Below, one piece after another: positions 42,998-52,286 of a stretch of 64,000 bases of DNA (positions are counted from its first letter, which is position 1; the number at the start of each line of letters is the position of its first letter). The notes beneath the pieces are model-generated. The model worked only from the letters and a program-made list of their open reading frames with translations, was not told the origin of the DNA and did no database searches. The position numbers were made by a program, and so were the translations under genes. Source of the DNA: an uncultured Chthonomonadaceae bacterium (lineage in GTDB: Bacteria; Armatimonadota; Chthonomonadetes; Chthonomonadales; Chthonomonadaceae); assembly GCA_963835065.1 (NCBI GenBank), contig CAWIEK010000060.1, positions 132,293 to 196,292 on the forward strand. Direction: 5' to 3'.

Positions 42998-44212
42998 ATG
43001 TCCATTCTTTTGAAGCAAAGCAGCATCACGCAACCGGTGGAAGTGGAAACAAACGGCATGAAGGTGCTAATGGTGGGAATGGACTGGCTTCCCAACGGGG
43101 AAGGCGGGCTGAACCGTTACTTTTATGATGCCGTCAACGCGCTGCCTGGCGTGGGCGTGACCGGAACCGCTTTGGTCACATCGCTATATCCGGGGCAGTG
43201 CGCGTCCCTGCGCCTGCAATCTATGGCGGCTCCCAACGCTTCCCTGCCGCAGGTATGGCGCGGGGTACGGCGGGAAGTGCGGCGCGAATTGAAGACGATG
43301 CCTGACTTGGTAAACGCGCATTACGCGCTGTACGCCTGGCCCTGGCTGCGCGACCTGCCTGCCGACATGCCCTTTGTGGTGAACTTTCAAGGCCCGTGGG
43401 CGGAAGAGATTGCAGTCGAGGCTTCCAAGCGCCTGCGCAAAATGCGGGTGCTGCTGGCGCGGCATATCGAGCGCCGGGTATATCAGCGCGCCAACGGCAT
43501 CATCACGCTGTCGGAAGCGTTCGGGCGCGAGGTGCAGCAGCGGTACGGGGTTTCGCCCGACAAAGTGCGCGTGGTTCCGGGGGGCGTGGATACCCGCCCG
43601 TTTCTGGCCGCGCCGGATCGCAAGGCGGCGCGTAACCTGCTGAATTGGCCGCAAAACCGGCCCATCTTCCTGAGTGTGCGCCGCCTTACGCGCCGTATGG
43701 GGCTTGAGAACTTAATCACGGCGTTTGCTTCCGTCCGCGCCGCGCATCCCGACGCGCTGCTGTACATCGGCGGCAAGGGGCATCTAGCGGAAGATTTACA
43801 GCATCAGATTGACCGACTCGGCCTGGGCGAGTGGGTGAAATTGCTCGGCTTTATCCCGGACGCCGACCTGCCCCTCGCGTATGCCGCCGCCGATGTGATG
43901 GTCGTGCCGACGCTGGCTTTGGAAGGGTTCGGCCTGGTCACGCTGGAAGCGCTGGCGGCGGGAACGCCCGTGATGGGTACGCCCATCGGCGGCACACCCG
44001 AAATTTTAAGCCGTCTGGACAAACATCTCATCTTCGACTCGGCCACTCCCACTGCCATGTCCGCCCACCTCAACGCCGTTCTGGACAACAAAATCGCCCT
44101 GCCCGACCGCGCCGCCTGCCGTCACTTCGCCCAACAATATGACTGGTCCGAAATCGCCCCCCGGTTAAGGAATGTGTTTGCGGAGTTTGTGGGGGGAAGA
44201 TATAAGATATAA
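42998..44212 (+). CDS. GT4 glycosyltransferase
   Basis: GGLNRY, VRRLTRRMGL, EGFGLVTLEALAAGTPV. Confidence 0.92.
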   Translation: MSILLKQSSITQPVEVETNGMKVLMVGMDWLPNGEGGLNRYFYDAVNALPGVGVTGTALVTSLYPGQCASLRLQSMAAPNASLPQVWRGVRREVRRELKTMPDLVNAHYALYAWPWLRDLPADMPFVVNFQGPWAEEIAVEASKRLRKMRVLLARHIERRVYQRANGIITLSEAFGREVQQRYGVSPDKVRVVPGGVDTRPFLAAPDRKAARNLLNWPQNRPIFLSVRRLTRRMGLENLITAFASVRAAHPDALLYIGGKGHLAEDLQHQIDRLGLGEWVKLLGFIPDADLPLAYAAADVMVVPTLALEGFGLVTLEALAAGTPVMGTPIGGTPEILSRLDKHLIFDSATPTAMSAHLNAVLDNKIALPDRAACRHFAQQYDWSEIAPRLRNVFAEFVGGRYKI

Positions 44213-44290
44213 GATATAAGTGGGGATGAACAAAGAACTACTTGGTGTCTCCACTCTTCTCCTAATATCTTATATCTAATATCTCCCCCC
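44191..44290. repeat. Palindromic cassette of AGATATA heptamers between convergent genes (possible bidirectional terminator)
   Basis: GGGGGGAAGATATAAGATATAAGATATAAG versus CTAATATCTTATATCTAATATCTCCCCCC. Confidence 0.8.
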
Positions 44291-44294
44291 TTCC

Positions 44295-46325
44295 TCACCT
44301 CACCTCCACGCTCGCCTGCTCCGTCGTCGTTGCCAGCGGCAGGATGTTTTCGGGGTCGAGGGTCAGGCGGGTGGGGCGGGACACGCTTGCGATTTGGAAA
44401 TGCGTTTGTGAACCCCCAACGTCAACATTTTGGCGCTGTGGTTTGTCGTCGCCGCTCTGGACGCTCAAGGGCAGGCGTAAACGGTAGGGTTCGCCTTCCT
44501 GCACGATGTCGCCTTCCACCATGTAGCCGTTTCCACTCTCCCTGCTGACGACATTTGCCAGCCGGACACGGGGCAAACCCTTGCGCTGTGTCCACTGGTC
44601 GAAGAACCAACCGTAATCCTGCCCGGTGGCTTTGTTCACAGCGCGGGCAAATTCCGGCCATTCCGCTGGTTCGCCTTTGGGATGGTCGGCAAGAAACGTT
44701 TTGATGCTTGCCCGCATCCTTTCCAGCCCGATCTGCTCCTCCAACACGCGCAGCACAAACGCGCCCTTGCTATAGCCGATGGCGTTCTGGCGATTGTCGC
44801 TGGTATCGTGGGCGTCTTGCAGGGTTGCCGCGTCGAACGCATTGCCGAATTGACGGCGTTTGCCCACAGACGTGTGCGACTCATCCATGCTTGCCTGTTT
44901 CGCCATCTGTGGGTTCATCCGCGCGAACAATCCCGATGAATACTCCGCAAATGACTCATTCCACATAGAGCGCGTGTAGGGACACGGCACAAGCCCGCCC
45001 CACCACGTATGCGACAATTCGTGCGGAATGGTGGACGGCATCGTTCCCGCTCCGAATGTTGCGAACGAGTACGCTTCCAGCGCGCCGCCGAACGGCCCGC
45101 GCGTTTCCACCACTTCATAGTGCGTGTAAGGAAAGGGAGCGAACTGCGTATCATAAAACGCGAGGGATTTTTCCAGCACATCCAAACTGTTTTTCGCAAG
45201 GCGAGTGTTTGGCGTGAGCAGATAAACGGAAAGCGTTCGTCCCTCCGCCGTTTTGCGCGGCGTAATCGTGTACGGCCCCATATCCAGCGTAAAAAAGCAG
45301 TTGGGCAAGTCGTTGCGGTACGTGACGGTCAGGGAGCCATCCGCATGGCGCTTTTCCCGCGTTTTCTCGCCCTGCGCAATGGGAGTCCAATCGGGCGGGG
45401 CTGTCGCGGTCACGGTGGACGTGGCGGGCAGGCGGGCGATATGCGGATACCAGTAGGAGTCGAGCGTGGCTTCCTGCGTGTTGATGTAGTCCGATTCCTG
45501 ATGCAGGACGCGCCCTTTGTACGCCAATGTCAGCGAAAACGAATGGTTTCCATCGGCGACAGGTGGTACAACCGCAATCACGCCGCCCGCCTGCGCATAA
45601 GAGACCGGCGCGTTTTTGCCTGTCAGGGCGCTGACCTTGAAATCATCAGACAGGCGCAGCAGGCAGGCAGGCAGCAGTGGCGTTCCCGTTGCCTCGACGC
45701 GAATCGTATCTTTAATGGTAGCCGTATGCTGCGCGGGGTCAATGGAAACGGTTAAATCGTGGTCACGAACGCGATAGCCCCCAGTTTCCGCTTCGGGTAT
45801 TTCCGCGCCAAGTTTCCAGCCCGTGCCGTCCGCGCCCGGTTCCAGCCGGTGTATATGGTCGCCGTCGCTTTCACAGGTATGCCAAGCATGAAACACGGCA
45901 AGGTATAATAGAGTGGGAGTCGGCGCGACGTTCGCGGAAGCATCCTGCGAATGGGAAGACGGCAAACGCAAGGCAAGCACTTCCCCCGTCCAGTTCTTTG
46001 TCGTGCGTTCCTGCATCCAGCCGAAAGATGGCAAGGCTTCCGGCGTCACCAGAGGTTTGAGCGCGTCTGTATCCCTGGCATTAACAGCCTGTGTCGCCTG
46101 CCGCAGCAGCCCGGTCAATGTGCCCGGAGCCTCCGCCTGTCCATGCGCGTTGTGACGCGGCGCAGCCTTACGAGTGTGATGTGAAGGCGTTGTTGATCTT
46201 GTCGTATCGGCATGAAGCCAAACACTTGTGCCGCCAAGCAGCGCAAGTACGCCCGCTCCAAGCCAACAGGAGGCGACCTTTCTTGTGCGTACCCGGTTCA
46301 ACCCGTTTCTATATGTGTGATTCAC
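44295..46325 (-). CDS. Secreted M1-family zinc aminopeptidase
   Basis: GGALEAY exopeptidase-type motif, HELSHTWWG, WNESFAEY, YSKGA; N-term hydrophobic segment. Confidence 0.9.
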   Translation of the reverse strand: MNHTYRNGLNRVRTRKVASCWLGAGVLALLGGTSVWLHADTTRSTTPSHHTRKAAPRHNAHGQAEAPGTLTGLLRQATQAVNARDTDALKPLVTPEALPSFGWMQERTTKNWTGEVLALRLPSSHSQDASANVAPTPTLLYLAVFHAWHTCESDGDHIHRLEPGADGTGWKLGAEIPEAETGGYRVRDHDLTVSIDPAQHTATIKDTIRVEATGTPLLPACLLRLSDDFKVSALTGKNAPVSYAQAGGVIAVVPPVADGNHSFSLTLAYKGRVLHQESDYINTQEATLDSYWYPHIARLPATSTVTATAPPDWTPIAQGEKTREKRHADGSLTVTYRNDLPNCFFTLDMGPYTITPRKTAEGRTLSVYLLTPNTRLAKNSLDVLEKSLAFYDTQFAPFPYTHYEVVETRGPFGGALEAYSFATFGAGTMPSTIPHELSHTWWGGLVPCPYTRSMWNESFAEYSSGLFARMNPQMAKQASMDESHTSVGKRRQFGNAFDAATLQDAHDTSDNRQNAIGYSKGAFVLRVLEEQIGLERMRASIKTFLADHPKGEPAEWPEFARAVNKATGQDYGWFFDQWTQRKGLPRVRLANVVSRESGNGYMVEGDIVQEGEPYRLRLPLSVQSGDDKPQRQNVDVGGSQTHFQIASVSRPTRLTLDPENILPLATTTEQASVEVR

Positions 46326-46338
46326 TCTTAATCCTTTA

Positions 46339-46474
46339 GGTGTTCAGGTATTCAGGTATCGGGTGTTCAGATGTTCGGGTGTTCAGGAAATACAAAAGTA
46401 CCATAGTTTACTTTAGCATGACAAGGGCATCATCCTGAATACCTAAATACCCGAACACCGAACACCGAACACCG
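46339..46474. repeat. Palindromic cassette of GGT[GA]TTC[AG] repeats between divergent genes
   Basis: Left arm 46339-46388; reverse-complement arm 46433-46474. Confidence 0.85.
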
Positions 46475-46544
46475 ACATGGCGCGTTCTTTCCTCGTTATT
46501 TACGCGGCGAAGGGCGTTCCCGTTGCCGTTCAGGAGTCTTCCCG

Positions 46545-47879
46545 ATGAACGTACCTCATGCCTGGCCGCGCTGTCCCGAAACGTCCGCGTTCTTTGAACG
46601 GCAGTTTTCGCGAGTTTGCCGCTTCCAATCCATTTGTGGAACACTTGGCCGCGCAGTTTCAGCAGGCCGGCGTCCACATTCTCACCCTTGTAGATCACTG
46701 GCGGCTTCCGGCTTCTGAGGAACTCGCCAGTGAACTCCCGCCTGCGGCCTTGTGGAAACTAATCTTGACGGCGAATCCGTATGGGAACATCCATACGCCC
46801 GGTTTCCCCGCGTCCGTTTGTCTAAAAGCCAGAACATTACCCGCCTCGCTCTTCTGGTTGAGCGTGTAGATCAATTCCTTGATTTCTCATTTGTTGCTGA
46901 CCACCCGGTCCAAGGTGATCTATACGGTATCTATCGAGAGAGCATCCTCCCACAGCCTTTTGGGGGATTGGCTGTTGTTGAGCGATGCGGCTACTGCAGG
47001 GTTTAACCTACAGCAGGTAAGCGAAAATAACAAGATTTCTTTGGCGGGTAAAACTATGCGGGAGCGGAAGCGTTCCGGCACGGAAGCATCGGTACTCGCC
47101 CAAACACAATATATGGTTGAAACTTTTGTTGCCGATCTCGGCTGCGCTATAACAACCGATATTTCTTTCATGTGGAACGCCTCGTTTACATGAGCCGTAA
47201 TGCCGCCGCCTACTGGCAGTACCAAGAGCAGCAGAAAAAACTCGGCATCGGATGGGCCAATCACGACCACCACACGTACCGCAGCTCCCGCGATCGTTTC
47301 CGCGCCCTGATGCAGTTGTTTTTGACGCTTGGTTTTGAAATGCGCGAACGTTTTTATGCGGGCGCGGAAGCCGGATGGGGCGCACAGATTTTGGAGCATC
47401 CCGTCAGCCGCGTGGTGATTTTCGCCGACGTGGATATGTCGCCGGAAGAATTGGACATTGATTTTGCCAATCAAGACTTGCCGCCGCGCAAAGAGTTGGG
47501 AACCATTGGCCTATGGTGTGAGTTGCACGGCAGCAGCATCGCGCAGGCCGGGATGCATCACCTGGAAGCCGAGTTCGACTACAAGCAGGTACAGGCGAAC
47601 CTTGAAAACGCCGGCTTTAGCGTAATGCCGCCGTTTACCGACCTGCCTATGCTGAAGCAAGCGTTTACCCAACCCGAACTCTGGCCCGTCGCCCCCGAAC
47701 GCCTGCAAAAATTGCTCGCTGCCGGCAGTATCACGCCCGAACAGGCCGCTAAATTTCAGACTCAGGGCGCAGCCGGCAGCCATCTGGAAATCCTCCAGCG
47801 CTGGGAAGGCTTCAAAGGCTTCAACAAAACCGGCGTCAGCGACATCATCCGCGCTACCGACGCGAGAAATGAGAATTAA
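46545..47879 (+). CDS. Uncharacterised VOC-superfamily Fe(II)/2-oxoacid dioxygenase-like protein (HPPD/HglS-like motifs; N-half frameshifted)
   Basis: AGGAG RBS before ATG 46545; C-half has NHDHHTYRS, GMHHLE, LKQAFT, HLEILQRWEGFKGF. Confidence 0.6.
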
Positions 47880-48316
47880 CCACCCGCTGCGCTAGAGACA
47901 CAGAGGCACAGAGGGGGAGACAAGGAGAAGAGGAGACAAGGAGATAGGGAAGCGCGAAAGACACGAAACAAACTAAGAGCCTATCCCAATTGGCCGGGTA
48001 TTGGAAATACCCGGCAGGAAAGTGCAAGCGTCCTGCGGACGCGAATTCTCGCCTATTGGGATAGGCTCTAAAAGAAAACGAAAAAATAGACAGGATTAAA
48101 AGGATTTTTAGGATTAAACAGGATTACACAAGAGAAGGACTAATTCTCTGCTATTCCTATCCGTGTCTATCCGCTTTATCCGTTTCATCCGTGGTTTGGC
48201 CTTTTGTATTTTCCTTTTTTCGTCTTGGTTCGTGTATTTCGCGGTTCCCCTCTCCTCTCCTCCTCGCATTGGCCTTTCCTCTGTGCCTCTGTGTCTCTAG
48301 CCGTAGGCGGGTGGTT
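47878..48316. repeat. Multi-layer nested palindromic repeat cassette
   Basis: Outer CACAGAG arms (47878-47914 / 48278-48316), purine/pyrimidine arms, CGCGAAA.ACACGAA arms, inner AGGATT and ATCCG repeats. Confidence 0.85.
47977..48068. mobile_element. 92-bp MITE inside the cassette
   Basis: Perfect 14-bp TIR GAGCCTATCCCAAT, flanked on both sides by TAA. Confidence 0.75.
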
Positions 48317-48337
48317 CGTTTATATGGAGGCAGTATT

Positions 48338-49842
48338 ATGCACGAGGGCAGCAGTAATTACATCGGCGGCAAGTGGCAGGGCGCGGGGGCGGGGCAGACG
48401 TTTGAGTCGCGCAATCCGGCCAATGTTGCGGAAGTGATTGGCGTATACGCGAGGTCGCAGGCGGAAGATGTTGACGCGGCGGTACGAGCGGCGCGGGCTG
48501 CGTATCCGCAGTGGAAGCGGACCCCGGCTCCCATGCGGGGGGCGATATTAACGCGCATGGGGCGGCTGATGGAAGCGCGGAAGGAAGAACTGGCCGCGCA
48601 GATGGTACGGGAAATGGGCAAAGTGCTGATCGAAGCGCGGGGGGATGTGCAGGAAGCCATTGATATGGCGTTTTACATGGCCGCGTTCGGACGGTTGCCC
48701 AATGGCAGCCTGGTTCCGAGCGAGCGCGAAGATGTGTACTGCGCGGCGCAGCGCGTTCCCGTCGGCGTGGTCGGCCTGATTACGCCCTGGAATTTTCCGA
48801 TTGCTATCCCAAGCTGGAAAATGTTTCCCGCGCTGATGGCGGGCAATACGATTGTATTCAAGCCTGCCGAGGATACGCCCGGACTGGCGGTTACGTTTGT
48901 GGAACTGCTGATTGAAGCCGGATTGCCGCCCGGATCGTCAATCTGGTAACAGGTTATGGCAACGAGGCCGGGGCCGCATTAGTGGAGCATACCGACGTTT
49001 CCACCATTTCGTTCACGGGTTCTACCCCGGTGGGCAGGCAGATCGCGGGACGGTGCGGGCATTTGATGAAGCGCGTCAGCTGCGAGTTGGGCGGCAAAAA
49101 CGCGATTGTTGTTTTGGACGACGCGAACTTAGAACTGGCGCTGAAAGGCGCGTTGTGGAGCGCGTTCGGCACGGCGGGGCAGCGCTGCACGGCGGCAAGC
49201 CGTTTAATTGTCCATAAAGATGTAATGCGAAAGTTCCGACAGGAACTTGTAGACCGTACCAACGCGCTGCGCATGGGCGCGGGCCTTGACCCGCAGGCCG
49301 AAATCGGCCCGGTAGTAAATCGGCAGCAGCTTACCCGCATCCATAGTTATGTAGAAATCGGCAGGGCGGAAGGGGCGCAAGTCTTAACGGGCGGACGCAT
49401 ACTGGATGAGGGAGAATTTGCGCAGGGCTGTTTTTACGCGCCGACGGTGTTGGACGACGTGACCTTGAACATGCGCGTGGCGCAGGAAGAGATTTTCGGG
49501 CCGGTGACGGCTCTGATCGAAGTGGGCAGCCTGGACGAAGCCTTGCGGGCGGCGAACGCCACGCAGTATGGCCTCTCCTTATCGCTGTACACGCGCGACG
49601 TAAACCGCGCGTTTCGCGCCATGAACGAACTGGACGCGGGCATTGTTTACATCAATCTGCCGACTAGCGGAGCCGAAATTCAGCTTCCGTTCGGCGGCAT
49701 CAAACAGACCGGCAACGGCCACAGGGAAGCGGGGTGGATGGCGATGGATTACTGCACCGAGTGGAAGTCTATGTACGTGAACTACAGCGAAAGCGCCGAG
49801 TTGGTGCGCGCGCAAATTGACGTTCAGCAATGGGACGGATAA
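48338..49842 (+). CDS. NAD(P)-dependent aldehyde dehydrogenase (frameshift near 48933)
   Basis: ITPWNFP, FTGS, ELGGKN, FGTAGQRCTA, EEIFGP, PFGG. Confidence 0.95.
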
Positions 49843-49867
49843 GTCCGCAGAAAGGGATGGAGCAGAA

Positions 49868-51469
49868 ATGCAGCGCGAGGAACACGTTTGGCAGGAACAG
49901 TTTGGACAAGAACAGGTTGAGCAGGAACGCGCGGAAGCAGGCAACAAACCGGCTGCGCAAGAAAACGAACAGGCTGCGCAAAGCAGCGAAGCCGCGTTAA
50001 AGCGGAAGGAACGCGCGGAAACGGTGAGCGAGTACACCGAAACGGGAAACGGACACGATCCGGCGTGGAACGAGCAGGTGTTGGCGTGGAACGACGCAGG
50101 CTTGCTGGCTGAAGTGGTCGGCTATGAAACGGACAGGGTTGCGCTGGAAACGCGGGGCGCGACGGTAACAACCTATCAGGGCGAGCAGTACATAGATTTT
50201 ACGGGCGGCATCGCGGTTCACGCCTGCGGGCACAATCACCCCGAAGTGGTACGCGCCATTCAGGAGCAGGCGGCGCAAACCCTGCACACGTCCGACATTT
50301 TCCGCCACACGCCCCAATTGGAATTGGCGGCATGGATGCGCGATCTGTTCCAAACCGTCTTACCCGGTTCCTCCGATGGTTCCGGTTCCTCCCACGCGGC
50401 GAATTCTTCCGCGTTACCCGATTCTGCCGCACTTTCCGGCTCACCTGAATCCTCCGATTCCAAGTGGTCGTTTTTGTTCATGAACAGCGGCAGCGAGTCC
50501 ATTGATTCCGCCGCGAAATTGGCGATGAAAGCAACGGGACGCCACAAGTTTGTTGCTTTGGAAGGCGCGTTTCATGGCCGGACGCTGTTCGCAAGCGCCC
50601 TTTCGCGCTCCAAAACCCTGCACTGGAACGCCTACGAAGATTTTCTGGCCCCGCTTCGCGCCAATATCTTCCACGCCCCCGCCCCCAATTGCCAATCCTG
50701 CCAACTGCGCAAGCCTGCCGAGCAATGCTGCGCGAACGGGCTGGAACAGATTCTACAGCAGCATGGACATGAAATCGCCGCCGTCTTTCTGGAAGCGCAG
50801 CAGGGCGAGGGAGGCTACCGTCCCATGTCGGCCATCGCCGCGCAGAAAATCCGCGCCCTGACCCGCGAATATGGCATATTGCTGATTGTGGACGAGATTC
50901 AATCCGGGTGGGGCAGAACGGGCAAGTGGTTCGGCTTCGAGCATTTGGGAATTGAGCCGGATGTGGTTGTCTTCGGCAAAGCGGTTGGCGGCGGACTGCC
51001 ACTTGCCGGCATTGCCGCCCGTCAGGAACTCATGGCAACATGGCAGCCGGGAGAACACGGCACAACCTTCGGCGGCAATCCCCTTGCCTGCGCCGCAGGG
51101 CTGGCCGCGTTAAAGATAATCGCGCGGGAAAAACTCGTGGAACGCGCGGCCTGTTTGGGCGGGGAAATCACCGCCCGATTGCGCCCTCTCATCGGACACT
51201 GCGGCGTGGTAGATGTGCGTGGCAACGGCCTGATGATCGCCATCGAATTGCGCGACAGCAGCGGCAACCCGGATTACGCCCGCTGCGAAGCCGTAAAAGC
51301 ACATGCCCGCGCCAATGGCCTGTTGCTGCTGACGTGCGGCGCCAAAATCGGCAATCCCCACACCGACAACGCCGCTCTCCGCCTCATCCCGCCGCTCAAC
51401 ACGCCGGAAGATATCGCGCATCAAGCCGTTGACATCCTGCTCAACGCCCTGCAAAAAACTGGTCTGTAA
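49868..51469 (+). CDS. Class-III PLP aminotransferase
   Basis: NSGSE, FHGRT, DEIQSGWGRTG, FGKAVGGG, HGTTFGGNP; start uncertain. Confidence 0.93.
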   Translation: MQREEHVWQEQFGQEQVEQERAEAGNKPAAQENEQAAQSSEAALKRKERAETVSEYTETGNGHDPAWNEQVLAWNDAGLLAEVVGYETDRVALETRGATVTTYQGEQYIDFTGGIAVHACGHNHPEVVRAIQEQAAQTLHTSDIFRHTPQLELAAWMRDLFQTVLPGSSDGSGSSHAANSSALPDSAALSGSPESSDSKWSFLFMNSGSESIDSAAKLAMKATGRHKFVALEGAFHGRTLFASALSRSKTLHWNAYEDFLAPLRANIFHAPAPNCQSCQLRKPAEQCCANGLEQILQQHGHEIAAVFLEAQQGEGGYRPMSAIAAQKIRALTREYGILLIVDEIQSGWGRTGKWFGFEHLGIEPDVVVFGKAVGGGLPLAGIAARQELMATWQPGEHGTTFGGNPLACAAGLAALKIIAREKLVERAACLGGEITARLRPLIGHCGVVDVRGNGLMIAIELRDSSGNPDYARCEAVKAHARANGLLLLTCGAKIGNPHTDNAALRLIPPLNTPEDIAHQAVDILLNALQKTGL

Positions 51470-51476
51470 AAAGCAA

Positions 51477-51677
51477 TTTGCACCACAGAGGCACAGATAC
51501 ACAGAGGTTTCACAGAGAGGAGGAGAAGAGGAGAAATTGACAGGATTAACAGGATTTTAAGGATTAAACAGGATTACTCAAGGAGAGAACAGGTATGTGG
51601 TTACTCCCTCTTCTTCTTTTCTCCTTCTCTTCTTTTCTCTGTGAAACCTCTGTGTCTCTGTAGCTCTGTGGTGCAAA
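51477..51677. repeat. Nested palindromic repeat cassette between convergent genes
   Basis: TTTGCACCACAGAG..CACAGAG (51477-51519) pairs with 51636-51677; inner GACAGGATTAA block nearly identical to 48089-48127. Confidence 0.85.
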
Positions 51678-51678
51678 C

Positions 51679-52263
51679 TTATTTGTCTTTATTTCCGGTG
51701 GCGCTGTGGCTAAGGACTTCGGCGCGTTGGGAAGCGGGGAAGTCTTCAAGGTGGCCGTCCGCGAAGCCGAACAGGAGCGGGCCGGGATCGTCGACGGGAA
51801 CAAGGGATTGCAGATTGTCGCAGGCTCCGGGCGTGGGAGCGGTGGACTCGAAGAACAAAATGGCGCGTTCGGGGTGCGGCAGCGTGTTCAGGGAGGCATT
51901 GGCAAGGGCGCGGTTCATGGCGATGCTGCGGCCTGCGCCGCCGGGCGTCGGCGGCAGGGTCAGGGGCAGCGCGCCCGTTTCGGTTTGTAAATCCTGCACC
52001 CAATGCTCGGCAGTCGGCAGCTTGCCCTCGTGGGCGGCAGCGTACAGCATGGCGGCATGAGTCAGGGAGCCGATACGCTCTTTCAGCGCGTCGTCATGGG
52101 CGTCCACCCGGCGCGTCCGGTCATGCGTGAACGCGGAACCCAGCAGCAGCAGCGAAGCGGGCAAGGTGACAAACAGCCCGAACAGGCGAATCCAGCGTTT
52201 TCGTTTCGATATGGTCATAACTTCAAAATACGTGTTCGGAATAACCGTTTCATTCCACTTCAT
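51679..52263 (-). CDS. Membrane-anchored hypothetical protein with DUF1559 / H-X9-DG-like motifs
   Basis: One TM; AMLYAAAHEGKLP, IAMN..L, ILFFES, FGFADGH. Confidence 0.6.
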   Translation of the reverse strand: MKWNETVIPNTYFEVMTISKRKRWIRLFGLFVTLPASLLLLGSAFTHDRTRRVDAHDDALKERIGSLTHAAMLYAAAHEGKLPTAEHWVQDLQTETGALPLTLPPTPGGAGRSIAMNRALANASLNTLPHPERAILFFESTAPTPGACDNLQSLVPVDDPGPLLFGFADGHLEDFPASQRAEVLSHSATGNKDK

Positions 52264-52286
52264 TGAATGAGACGAAATTTGTTGTT

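Noticed and set aside
17117..51677. CRISPR array among the repeat tracts
   Set aside because: The units are 7-10 bp, degenerate and arranged as inverted arms, with no repeat-spacer periodicity and no cas genes
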